Shown here piece after piece: positions 41,733 to 53,839 of a stretch of 64,000 bases of DNA. Every line of letters begins with the position of its first letter. Position 1 is the stretch's first letter. The notes under the pieces are model-generated. The model worked only from the letters and a program-made list of their open reading frames with translations. It did not search any database and was not told where the DNA came from. Position numbers and translations under genes: made by a program. The stretch lies in the NCBI RefSeq assembly GCF_000142905.1, contig NW_013657650.1, forward strand, positions 255,388 through 319,387, given 5' to 3'. This DNA is from Thecamonas trahens ATCC 50062. Its lineage: Eukaryota > Protista > Apusomonadida.

Positions 41733-44700
41733 ATGGCAGCGTCCGAGGAGATGGACCCACGGACAGTGATGCAGTTGAAGGTATGTTTGTTTGTCTTGAC
41801 CTTCCATGTCTCCGCCTTTGTCTCTCTGTACTGGCTCTCTCTCTCTCTGTCTGTCTGTCTTGTGTCGCTGCGGGTGGTCGACCGCCGAGGTGCCAAGGCG
41901 GACCACCGTTGGGGCAGAGAGTCACGGCGAGCTGAAAGAGGCCAGACCGGAGCGGAAGACGGGTGCGGGGCGAGGGATAGGGAGGAGGAGGAGGAGGACC
42001 ATGGAAACTTATATAGGGTGGTATCGGGTTTGGATGACGTGGGTAGACCTTCACCGGATGGGCCAACTTCCATCTGGCGCCACTGAAGAAGGAGTTTGTG
42101 TGGGACAAGATTGATGGCGTTGAGCTCTGCCAGCTGCTGGAGACCATCTCGGGCGATGAGCTGTCCGGGTACAACAAGAATCCTCGGATGGGCTTTATGA
42201 AAAACGGCAACGTCCACATGATCCTCGAGTGGCTGGAGAAACACGAGATTCCGGTCCACGGCCTCGACTCGGACTCGATCGTCTCGGGGCACATCAAGTC
42301 GGTCCTGGGCCTACTGTGGGTCATCATTCTCCGCGTCGACATTGCTCAGTATCTCAACGACGATAATCTGGCGTACGACGAGAACGGGAAGAAGTTGACA
42401 CCCAAGCGCGCTCTCCTCCAGTGGGTCCGACGAGCCATGCCCGAAGGCTTTGATACTGACATCACCAACTTTAAGGGCTCTTTCCGCGACGGCAAGGTCT
42501 TTTGTCACCTCATCAATGACGTCGTAGCCGGCGGAGTGCCCGAAGAAGTGCTCAACTCGGGCGACGCAGCCCTGACACTCAAGACCGCTTTTGACGTTGC
42601 CCACACTGAGCTGGGCATTCCCAAGCTTCTCGATGTCGAGCAGTTTCTAGACGAGGACGTGCCGCTCGACGACCTCTCGGTCATCACCTACGTCTCGTAC
42701 TTTCGCAAGGCCGAAGCTAAGGCGAAGGAAGGCCTTTCGCTCAAGACTGACCGCGAGCCCGAGCCTGAGCCCGAGCCCGAGCCTGAGCCCGAGCCCGAGC
42801 CCGAGCTCGGGACACAGCCTGAGCCCGAGCCCGAGGCACAGCCTGACGAGAGCGATGCGCTCCGGTCTCGTGTCGCTGAGCTGGAGGCACAGGTGGCGTC
42901 GCTGACGTCGGAAGCCGAGGCGGCTGCATTGTCACAGGCTGAGAAGGACGCGATTTCTGCGCGGGCGCTGCAGGCAGCGACCGAATCGGATGCCGATCTG
43001 CGTGGACGATTGCCGAGCTTGAGTCACGAGTCCATGAGTTGGACGGAAGCGTGCGAGACGCCGATGCCGACAAAGCAGTGCTGCAGGCCAAGGTGGAGAG
43101 CCTCGAGGCAGCCGAAAGCGACATGCAACACTCACTCCAGACGGCTATAGCCGGCATCCACGAGGCCAGCAAAGCATCGATGACACCTGCGGTGCTGGGC
43201 GAGATCCAAGGCCATGCCGCGACGATCGATGGAGTGGCCGGGATCCCGTCGGCAGAGTCACTCGAGGCAACACTAGAGATGCTGGGCATGACTCTCATGG
43301 AGGCTCAGGTGCAGGCTGCGACTGCATCGGACGCAGACAATACCATTGCCGAGCTGCACACCAAGCTGCGCGACCTGAAGGCCAAGTCGGCGACACATGC
43401 CGCCTTGCTTGGGTCGATCGAGGAGACGATGGCTGCACACGGGGCCGAGGCAGTCGACTCGGACGACGAGGCAGTACGGGCCGATGCTGCGGCGCGGCTG
43501 CAGCAGCTGTTGCAAGCTTCGGCCGACACAAAGGCCGGTCTCGAGTCACAGGTTGCAGAGTCAGCAGCTCGCACGTCCGAGCTGGAGAACACCGTGGCGG
43601 GTACAAAGCTACGATCGCGATGCTCAAGAGCGCGGGCTCTGAGCGCGATTCCGCGATTGCCGACGATGAGGCCCAGATTGCCAAGTTGGAGCAGGTAGTT
43701 GCAAAGCACGAGGCTTCCATTGCCGAGCTGGAGGCCGTAGTGGGCAAGCGAGATGTGGCCGTGGCCGAGAAGGAGAGCAAGATATCCGAGCTGGAAGCAG
43801 CCATTGCGTCACTCGAAAGCATCGGAGCCAACCGCGACACGGCTGCGAGTGAGCGGGCTGCCAAGATCACTGAGCTGGAAGCCGCAGTGAGCGAGCGCGA
43901 CGCGACTGTGGCTGCTCGAGATGCAACGGTAGTTGAGCTCGAGGCCGCCATGGGTGCACGAGACGCCATGATCGCCGAGAAGGATACCATTATCACTGAG
44001 CTCGAGGCAGCGGCGCTCGAACGTGTGGCTGCCATGGAGAAGAAGGACACCCAAGTCGCCGAGTTGGAGAGTGTAGTGGCCGAGAGGGACGCAGCCATCG
44101 CGTCACTGAAGAGCATCGGCGCCGACCAAGATACTGCACTTTGCGAGCGCGATGTCGCACTTGCAGACAGCAAGGCCAAGGTCTCACAGCTGGAATCAAC
44201 GGTTTCAGACAAGGAGGACAAGATCTCTCAGCTCGAGTCCACGGTGGCACGGAGCGAGGCAGAGCTCACCAAGAAGGAGAGAAGGATTTCGGAGTTGGAG
44301 TCTGCCGTGGCGGACAACGGAAGCACGCTTGCCAGCAGGGAGAGCACGGTCGCGGAGCTTGAGTCTGCAGTGGCCGACAAGGAGGCCGTGATTGTTGACC
44401 GGGAGACCAAGATATCTGATCTTGAGTCGACTGTGGTCGACAAGGAGGCCATCATCGCCGACAACGAGACCAAGATCTCTGAGCTCGAGTCCGCCGCGGT
44501 CGAGAATGAGACCAAGATCTCTGAGCTCGAGTCGACGGTGGCTGACAACGAGACCAAGATCACTGAGCTTGAGTCGACTGTGGCTGACAACGAGACCAAG
44601 ATCACTGAGCTCGAATCCGCCGCGGTCGAGAATGAGACCAAGATCACTGAGCTTGAGTCGACTGTGGTAGAGAATGAGACCAAGATCTCTGAGCTCGAGT

Positions 44701-47700
44701 CCGCCGCGGTCGAAACGAGACCAAGATCACTGAGCTCGAGTCGACTGTGGTCGACAAGGAGGCCATCATCGCCGACAACGAGACCAAGATCACTGAGCTT
44801 GAGTCGACGCGGTCGAGAATGAGACCAAGATCTCCGAGCTCGAGTTGACAGTGGCTGACAAGGAGACCAAGATCACTGAGCTTGAGTCGACGGTGGCCGA
44901 CAAGGAGACCAAGATCTCCGAGCTTGAGTCGACGGTGGCCGACAACGAGACCAAGATCTCTGAGCTCGAGTCTACCGCGGTCGAGAATGAGACCAAGATC
45001 TCCGAGCTAGAGTCCAATGTTGCACACCGCGACGCTACCATTGCGTCGCTGGAGGCTTCGAGTGCGAGTCGTGACGAGGCTCTGAACGCGCGTGACGCCA
45101 CCATTACCCAGAAGGATGCTAGGGTCTCCGAGCTCGAATCACTTGTTATCGAGCACGAGGCCAAGATATCCGAGCTAGACGCCACCGCCGCCGAGCTGGA
45201 AGACGCCGTCGTCGCGCTCAACAACGCATCCACCGGGCTACAAGAGACGCTCAACGAGACAAGCTTGGAGCGCGACGCCGCGGCTGCCACCGTCGCCGCT
45301 CTCTCCGACGTCGTCGCCCACCACACCGATACTCCGTTGCCCGACGACCCAGCTCGTCTGGCAGCCTGGGTTGAGGACGTCCTGCGCAGCACAGAGGACG
45401 CACTGACAGCGCTTGAGCGCGAGCACGATGACCAGGTCCGCGAGCTAGCCCAGGCTCTCGAGGACGCCTCGGCCGCCTCCACTGACATCTATCGTGCTCT
45501 TCTCCAGCTCCTAACAGACACCAAGCTCGATCCGGCACTCGCTCCCCTGGTCCTCTCGCGCATGCTCAAGGATGCGTCAGTTGTTGACGCCCGCGTTGTC
45601 GACATCACCCCGCCGGCCACCGTCTCGCTCAACGACCCTCTCGAGGCCACCATTAACCTCCTCGGCACTGCCCTCCTCGCTGCCCAGGAGGCGAACGCTG
45701 CCTCAGCCACCGCTGCCGTCGAGGCTGCCGAGTACCTCGCAAAGATCAATGCGCTCGAGGCTACCTTAAGCGCGGCTGCCAGGTCGACGGCCTCGCTCCG
45801 CACTGACGCCTCCGTCGTTGCCACTTCGTCCGACGCCGCAGACCTTCCCGCTGAGTTCTCCGCCCTCTGCGCCACCCTCGACGACCTCACGTCCTCCGTC
45901 CTCGCAGACCGCATTGACCCTGATGTCCTCGCCCTCCCGCTCACCACCGCAACCGAGCTCAACCGCGAGGCCGGCTCTGCGCTTCAGCGCCTAGCCGCAG
46001 CCAACGCCGCGCTGACCGAGGACAATGTACAGCTCCACGAGGAGCTCGCCGAGGCCGCAGCCGATCTCGCCGCTCTCCAGAAGAAGCTCGACAAGGCCCA
46101 TGCCGAGCTTACGTCGGAGCGCGCATCCATCCAGACTCTCGAGGCCGAGCTTTCTGCCGCCGCCTCGGCGACCCGAGACGCTCTCAACAAGGCCGCCACT
46201 TCCGCCACTGCCGCTAACAATGCCGCCGACGCGCGCGCCGCTGTCGAGGCCAAGATCGAGACGCTTCAGGCCGAACTCGAAGAGGCCCATGCCGCTTCGA
46301 ACACCTTGCTGCTCGACAACGCAAAAGTTAAGCGCGAGGCCATCGAACATCAGCAGAAGCTTGCCTCGTTACACGAGGATGCCAAGGCTCGCATGGACGA
46401 GATCACCCGCGAGCAGCTGCGCAAGGAGGAGCTGCGTGCCAACAGGCTCCGCGACGAGCTTGCTGCCGCCAAGGATGCCCTCGTCACCGCAGAGAACGCC
46501 GCTGCCGACTCGGCTGCTCGCGAGGCTATGCTCGAGCAGCAACTCGCCAACGACCGCGCCTCGCTCGACGACATCTCATCGTCGCTCGACGCCCTCCGCA
46601 CAGCCAACGCCGCCCTCCTCGAACAGCGCGACGACGCCCTTGCAAAGCTCAATGCACTCGATGCCGAGCATGCCGCCGTCGTCGCAACCGCAACAAGCAC
46701 TGCCAAGGAGCTCGCTGACGAAAAGACTCGCCACGCCGTCGCCCGCGACATGATTGCCGTTCTTGAGGCCCAGACCGATGCCGCCACCTCCGACGCTGCA
46801 ACTGCCATCGCCGCCGCTGAGGCCGCCTCCGCCGATGCCGCCCTGGCCTCGTCCCGCATCATCGAGCTGGAGGCCGAGCGCGAGGCATCTGCCCGCACAG
46901 CCGCCGCCACCGAGCAGCAGCTGCATCTGGCCGAAGGCGTCAGCGCCGAGCTCAAAGCCGAGCGCAAAAAGAGCGCCCAGCTTGCCGCCGAGCTTGAGAC
47001 GACACAGACTGCTCTCGAGGCCCGCAAGAAGCTACACGCATCGTCGCTGGAAGTCCTTGATGCCCTCAACGACCGTGTCGAGTCGATGGAGGCCCACAAC
47101 GGGTCGCTGCAGGATCAGCTGCAAGTCATCGCCAAGTGTGCGACCGGCAAGGAGCTCGACCTTGTAGAGAAGGATCGCCAGGAGTGGCTTCGCGCCGACG
47201 CCGAGTTTATGGGCGAGCTCCGCTCGCTGCTCGGTGATCTGCACGCTGTCAACCACCAGCTCGGTGTGCCTATTGATGATGAGTACGGCGTCCTCGCCTC
47301 GCCTCCGGTGGTACAGGGGCTCCTCGTTCCCGGTGGCTCATCGCCAACGATGCGCCGTTCGGGCTCGTCGGCCGTTCTTGGCCGCCCGCTCACCACGCCG
47401 TCGCCAGCAGAGCTGCCAGAAATGGCCGACTATCTAGCCAAGCTCAAGGCTTTTGAGCGCGAGCTCGACACCCAGGCTGCCGCCTCGGCCGAGGCGGTTG
47501 CCCACGCCCACACCCTGCTCGCACCGGCTGCCGACGCCGAGCTCGTGCCTCGGTCGCAGACAACTGCGCTCGTCTCCAGTTCGGGCTCGGCTGCCGGCAT
47601 GTCGTCGCACTATATCGAGGTCGACCCCGAGCTGCTCGCCGAGCTTGCCTCGCAAGGCTTCTCGCTGCCAGACACCAAGGACGGCCGGCTGACCTCATAC

Positions 47701-50565
47701 GGCTTTACCAAGCTATCGACCGCTTTTGTCTCGCTTCGAGCCGCGCTCGATACTGCCAACTCTCGCCTCGCTGAGAGCCAGGCGCAGCTCTCGGCTTCAC
47801 TCCAGACGCAAGCGGAGCTTGAGGTCGCGGCGCAAGATGCCGAGGCGCGGGCGGCTGCAGCAGCTCCAGCCACGCCTCCATCACGAGCGCTGGCCGAGAG
47901 TCAGACGGCATGGCGAAGCGAGACGGCGTCTGCAGTGTCGCGCCTCGAGCAGGCACTCAAGGCCAAGGACGACGCCGAGTCGACCTGGCTCCGCGAGCTA
48001 CAGGCAAAGCGGGTTGCCGACGCGTCTGCGGCAGCCCGACTGGAGGACTCGCTCAGCGCGGCGCTGGACGAGAACTCGCGACTGCAACGAGCGCTTGCAA
48101 CGGAGCGCGCTGCTGCGGTCTCGGCTCGCGACGAGGCCGATGCAGCCGCCGCCGAGCGGCAGCATCTCAGCGCCCGGCTCCGCACACTCGAGAACGAGCT
48201 CGCGGAGGCACGTGATGCATTCCGCGCCGCGTCGGGTGCCGTCGATCAGGCTGAGAGCCTCGCGGCGCAGCTGGCAGCGAGTCGGGAAGCGACCGAGCAC
48301 GCAGAGGCCGATGCCAATGCTGCCCGTGCGGCGGCGGCAGCTGCCGAGCTGCTGATCGCCTCGCTCCGCGACCAGATTGCGCAGTACCAGCAGCGTGTTG
48401 CCGAGCTCACGGCTCAGCACAAGGTGAGCCTGGAGGCGGCGGCAGAGGCGGCGAACCCGACCGCTTCGTCGGCGCTTGCGGCGCTTGGCCCGCTCATGAC
48501 CGAGCTGGGCGAGCTTGTGGTGGCTGTGCAGGATGCGCGCGACCGTCAGGCACCGGACCTCCTCGCGCTCGAGCGTGCCCTTTCCGGGCAGTATGACGAC
48601 TTGCTTTCGGAGCTGCTTGTGGCGATGAATACCGCCGACGCGCAGCACGAGACTGAGGTCAACTCGCTGCGGGCGACGGCGCAGGACATGGTACACCAGC
48701 TCGAGGCCATGGCCGCCGACCGCGAGTCGCTGCTGCTCGAAGTCGACACTGCCAACAAGGCCGCGCTTGCCGCCAAAGCGACCCGAGGCGGAGGTGGAGG
48801 CGGAGGCGAGCACACGGGCTCGAATGGCGCCGAGTCGGCGTCGCGGCAGGCTTCGCTTGGCGCGGCCGAGCGCATGGCTCGAACGGATCTTGTTCGCGAG
48901 CGTGCGCGCGCCGAGGAGGCTGAGAAGAGCGCACGAAGCCTGCGCAGCGAGCTGACCACGCTCCGTGGCAAGCTTGCCGAGAGCCAGACCGCGGCGACCG
49001 AAGCTGCACGAAACAGCACCCGGCTGCAGGCCGAACTCGAGCGTTTGATGGCGCATGCGCGCTCGGCCGAGACGGATGCGGCGGCAGCACGGGCTGATGC
49101 CGCGGCGGCAGCCGAGGCTGTGGCGGCAGCCAGCGCGCGGGCCGATGCCTTTGCCGGCATCCATGCCGAGCTGGAGGCTGAGCTGGAGAACTCGCGTACT
49201 GCAGCAGAACAGGCGGTGGCCCAGCTCGCGCAGTCGAGCGCTTCTGAGCAGACAGCCCGGGTCCGGGTGGCGTATTTGGAGAAGGAGCTTGAAGCAGCGC
49301 GCGAAGCGACCGAGGCAGCGGCAAGTGACGCGGCCGAGGTTCGTGATGCACTCGCACGTGCCGAGCGTGCGGCCCAGGACGCAGGTGCACTGGAGGCTGA
49401 GCTCCGTTCGCGGCTTGTGGTGGGCTCGCCAGACGACCTCGCCGACGCGTTTGAGGGTGTACTGGCCAAGACTCAGGCGGAAGAGGCGACGGCACGACGC
49501 GCGTTGGAGCTGCACATCGAGTATGCAGTGGCTGCAGTGACCAGCTCTGTGCTCATGAAGCAGACCCGCGACGTGGAGGAGCAGCTCCGGGAGCTGGAGC
49601 GCAAGATCGCCCGGCGCGAGCGGCGGCTGAGCGCACTCCGTGACATTGATGCCATCGAGCGCGACTTGTCGCAGATGCGCACTCGCAACGGCGAGCTGTT
49701 CACACAGCTTCAGGAGGCACTCAATGAGATGGATGCCTCGCACGAGCGTGAGCGTGAGCTGCGCGAGCAGCTTGCCGTGGCTGAGGTGGATCGTGCGGCG
49801 ATGTCTCCAGCGCGGGCTGTCTACGAGCGAAATGGGGTCAAGAACGAGGCACGTGGCACGCCGCACGCGGGTGCCCTGGACGTACTCGCCGAGTATGAGA
49901 TGCTCAAGCGGCGTCAGGTGGCTGACGAGGTCAACGCGTCTCGGCTGGAGATCCGGGCCGAACTCGAAGCGTCGATCAACTCGTCGCTGGCGGTGCTAGG
50001 CGAGTCGCGGAGTGAGGAGCAGCCCACGCGTGTGGGCGATGCCTCTTACCGTGAGCTCTACCACAAGCTGGAGATGACGCACGACGAGCTACGCGCAGCA
50101 TACGATGCGTTGGTTGCGGAGCACGATACGTTGCAGATTAAGCTCCGGGCCAAGTCACACGAAGCGGTGGTTCTGAGCCGCGCGGCGACGCAGTACACCG
50201 AGGCACGGTTCTCGCGGTGCCCCCGGTGCGCTTATGCGGTCGACGCGGCGGGGGCGGTGTCGTCGCCGGCCAAGCCGACCGGTCTTCGTCAGCGCGCGCA
50301 GTTTACGGCGTCGGTTGGGGTGGCACTGACGGTGCATCTGCGGTCGGAGCAGTTCCGCGCGCCACATGTTGTGACTGCGCGGCTGGGTATCCACGCAGCA
50401 GAGGTTCAGCGGGTGCGCGGCGAGCCAAATGCAGTGTCTGTGACGTTTGTGGCGCGCCGGGCCGGGCTGAGCAAGTTGTACGTGTTCTCGGACGCGACGG
50501 AGATTCGCGAGTCGCCGCTGCTTGTGCGGGCGGTGGACGAGGTGCTGGAGGGATTGGCTGGGTAA
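41733..50565 (+). CDS. Giant (~2850 aa) actinin-type CH-CH actin-binding protein with coiled-coil rod and C-terminal filamin/Ig-like repeat; intron 41781-42046; four frame breaks
   Basis: Spliced MQLK|TFTGWANFHL, DGVELCQLLETIS, IVSGHIKSVLGLLWVII, ALLQWV, ITNFKGSFRDGKVFCHLI, AFDVAHTELGIPKLLD, SVITYVSYF; heptad-rich rod; C-terminal VTFVARRAG..LYV...EIRESPLLVRAV. Confidence 0.82.
44370..45020 (+). repeat. 42-bp (14-aa, double-heptad) coding tandem repeat
   Basis: ETKISELESTVADN-type units, about 15 copies, more degenerate upstream. Confidence 0.92.
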
Positions 50566-50577
50566 CTTTAGCGGCGG

Positions 50578-51295
50578 CTAGTTGGCAAAGCAGGTGTTGC
50601 ACATGGGCTGGCCGTTCTTCTCGTAAAACGAAAGATCCGGCAGCGCCGAGGCGCAACCTTGGCACTTGAGGCAGGACGAGTGCCACTTCTTGCCGCAGGC
50701 GTTGAGAAAGTCGCCCGAGATGGGCTGGACGCAGCCGGCGCACTTGACGCCAAACTGGGCGTGGAAGCAAGAGGTGCAGTACGGGTCGGAGCCTCGCGGA
50801 ATGAACTCTCCGGAAGGGAACGGGTTGCCACACGAGGTGCAGGCAAAGCATCCCTCGTGCCACGACTTGCCAAGCGCCTCAAGGCACGAGCCAGAGATGA
50901 CCTGGTTGCACCGGCCACACATCTTGGCAAACGAGGTGTGGTAGCATGAGGAGCAGTACGGGCGGCCGTCCTTGGGGTGGAACGGGACCGTGCCGAGCGC
51001 CGTCGAGCACTTGGCGCACTTGAAGCATGCCTGATGGAAGGTCGTGTCCATAGCCTCGAGGAAGGTGCCCTCGATCTGCTGGCGGCAGGTTGAGCAAGTC
51101 TTGGGGCCCGACGACGCTGCCGGGGCGGGCGCCGGGGCGGGCGCCGGGGCGGGCGTAGAGGCGGGCGCCGACGACGCTGCCGGAGCCGGAGCCGGAGCTG
51201 GGGCTGCGGCCGAGTCTGCAGCCGACGAGTCGTCGTTGAGATCGTTGAGCAGATCATCGAGATCATCCTGGTCGTTGTCTGCTGCAGGCGTGACA

Positions 51296-51333
<38 letters not shown>

Positions 51334-51626
51334 TGGGGTAGCGGCCTCAGCGGGAGCGGGGCCGGGGTAGCGGCCTGAGTGTGAGCTGCGGGCTCGGGCG
51401 AAGCATCCTCGAGCTCACCAAGCAGATCCTCCAGCATATCCTCATCGTAGTCGGGAGCATCGTTGGTAGCGGCGGCCGGAGCAGGAGCCGGCGTCACCAC
51501 CGTAGCGGTCTGTGGAGCCGAGTCAAAGTTATCGAGAGAGTCGACATCGGCAGAAATGTCAGCCAGCAGCGAGTCGAGCTCGTCCATCCTGTCCTCCATC
51601 GGTTCCCCAAACGAGGTGAGTGCCAT
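50578..51626 (-). CDS. Paxillin-like protein: LD motifs + three LIM domains; frame break near 51360
   Basis: DELDSLLADI, LEDLLGELE, DDLDDLLNDL; PA-rich linkers; LIM domains CSTC..HQACFKCAKC..C, CGRC..HEGCFAC.., CAGC..HSSCLKC.. Confidence 0.85.
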
Positions 51627-52220
51627 GTCGTGCCTGTGAACGAAAGGAGAGTGTGGGTGGGGAGGGGGGAGGGGGGGTAGGGGGGGGGAGGGGGGGGTAG
51701 GGGGGGTAGGGGGTAGGGACGGCCTCAAAATNNNNNNNNNNNNNNNNNNNNNNNNNNNNNNNNNNNNNNNNNNNNNNNNNNNNNNNNNNNNNNNNNNNNN
51801 NNNNNNNNNNNNNNNNNNNNNNNNNNNNNNNNNNNNNNNNNNNNNNNNNNNNNNNNNNNNNNNNNNNNNNNNNNNNNNNNNNNNNNNNNNNNNNNNNNNN
51901 NNNNNNNNNNNNNNNNNCTAATCCCCCCCTTCCGGGTTACAACAAGAAATACGCACCTGTCGCTGGTTCCAGAGAAAAGTGACCGGTGGCTCGGGCGCAC
52001 GCGAGCACTTTTTTTGGAGGAAGGGAAAAAGGAGAGGGGGGACGGGGTGAGGGGGGGGGCACGGGAACGAATGCAGGGATGATGCAGATCATCATCGTAG
52101 ATGTCGTTGTATGTTGTATGGATGTAGGGGTCAGGAAGCTGGGTGTGTGTGGGGGGGTAGGGTGGGGGCACAGGAGCGAATGCAGCCGGGAGCGGGATTT
52201 GTTCATGGGCTCGGTCACCA

Positions 52221-53673
52221 TCAGTTGAAGACGATCCAGGTGAGGATGTACTCGACGATGGTGAACGGCAGGAGGAGGATGTTGATAGGGAAGGGGAGGC
52301 CACCAAACCAGGACGATGCCTGAAAGTAGAAGCCGAGGGCGGCAACGGCCAGAGCCATGCCGGTAAAGGCCGGCGAGCCCTCCTCGACCTTGGAAGCGGC
52401 GGCAAAGCCGCGGCGCTCGGCGTAGTGCAGGACACCCTTGGTGAAGAGGAAGCCACCCTTGACGGCGGCGTGGAAGGTGGCGATGATACGGTGGAGCGTG
52501 TAGGCGATGGAGATGCCAATGGTCTGGCAGGCGTACTGGATGACCGGGTCGATCCACTTGTGGTACTCGGGCTCGACAATGCGCTGCAGCGACGGCTTGA
52601 GCGTCTTGTTGGAGGCGCGGACGAGCGTGGAGGCGATAGAGGTGCCGAGGGTGATGGCCTCAGCAAAGTGGATCTTGAGGGTGGCGACAACTGCGATGAC
52701 GCCAGCGTTGATGCCGGCGATTGCGTGCTGGATCTTGACCGGGTTGCATGCCCGAAGAATGACCCGGACCTTGCGCGAGGCCAGCTCCTTCTTGGTGATC
52801 TGGTCAACATCGGCAATGCCGTCATTGTTCTCGTCCAGGAGCGAGTCCTTGCGGTAAGCCTCACGCACAATTTTGTAGTCCTCGTACAGCGAGAGGATGC
52901 AGTCGCGGGTCGTCTCCCACCCGCAGAGGCGGAAGGCTTCTACAGCAGCGATCGAGACCATGAACGACGAGCCAAAGAAGCAGACAATGAACCCAAGGCC
53001 GGCCACCGCAAACTCCTCTGGGTGGTACGGCTGGATGGCAGCCCAAAACGCAACCGCTGCAGCAGCGACGTTCTCCACGTGCGGGCCAACAACGTCGATG
53101 ATCGTACCGAGCACCGCCAGCGCGGGGGCAACCTTGGCGATATAAGGCAGGAGAAACGGCGGCGCCGAGTCTTCTGCAATTTCCATGACCTCCTCCTTGC
53201 TCATGTTGTCCATCTGGACGTCTTCAGCCACCATCATCGGCGGCGGCACTATCCATCCGAAAGCACAGCCGGAATACCCAGTCGATCACCCGGCCGAGCA
53301 GTCCAGCCCCCACCAGCCACCAGCCGATCCCGATCCCAGCCCCACCCAGCCGATCCCAGCCACGCCAGCCGCCATAGCCCCCACCAGCCACCAGCCGATC
53401 CCGATCCCAGCCCCACCAGCCGATCCCAGCCCCACCAGCCGCCATAGCCCCCACCAGCCGATCCCAGCCCCACCAGCCGCCACAGCCCCACCAGCCGATC
53501 CCAGCCCCACCAGCCGCCACAGCCCCACCAGCCGATCCCAGCCACGCCAGCCGCCGTCGGTCACACCCCAACACATGGTGAGTACAGGGCATTTCCCCCT
53601 TCCTCCTCTCCCCTCCTCCCCCCTCCATATACCTACCCTCACCACCCTTCCGCTCACGGAGTTCCGTTGCCAT
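52221..53673 (-). CDS. Multi-pass membrane protein of unknown function with DxNxDG loop; exon 53673-53658, intron 53657-53249
   Basis: GTGAGC donor and TAG acceptor join in phase 1 (MATELLPPPMM..); hydrophobic segments; LLDENNDGIADVDQ EF-hand-like loop. Confidence 0.72.
53300..53555. repeat. Intronic minisatellite
   Basis: Repeating ccagccgatcccagcccca / ccagccgccacagcccca units. Confidence 0.85.
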
Positions 53674-53839
53674 AGCTGTTTCAGAGTGAGCTGTGTCGCC
53701 TTGACCGTCTCGTCAGCCTGCGCGCGTTTGTTCGGCGGCGGCTGCCGGTCGACGCGCGTTTGGCCGGTCACCGCACCACCATATTGACGGGCCATTTTGG
53801 GGGTTTAAGAGGGGATCACGACTAGTTCTTGGCTGCCGC

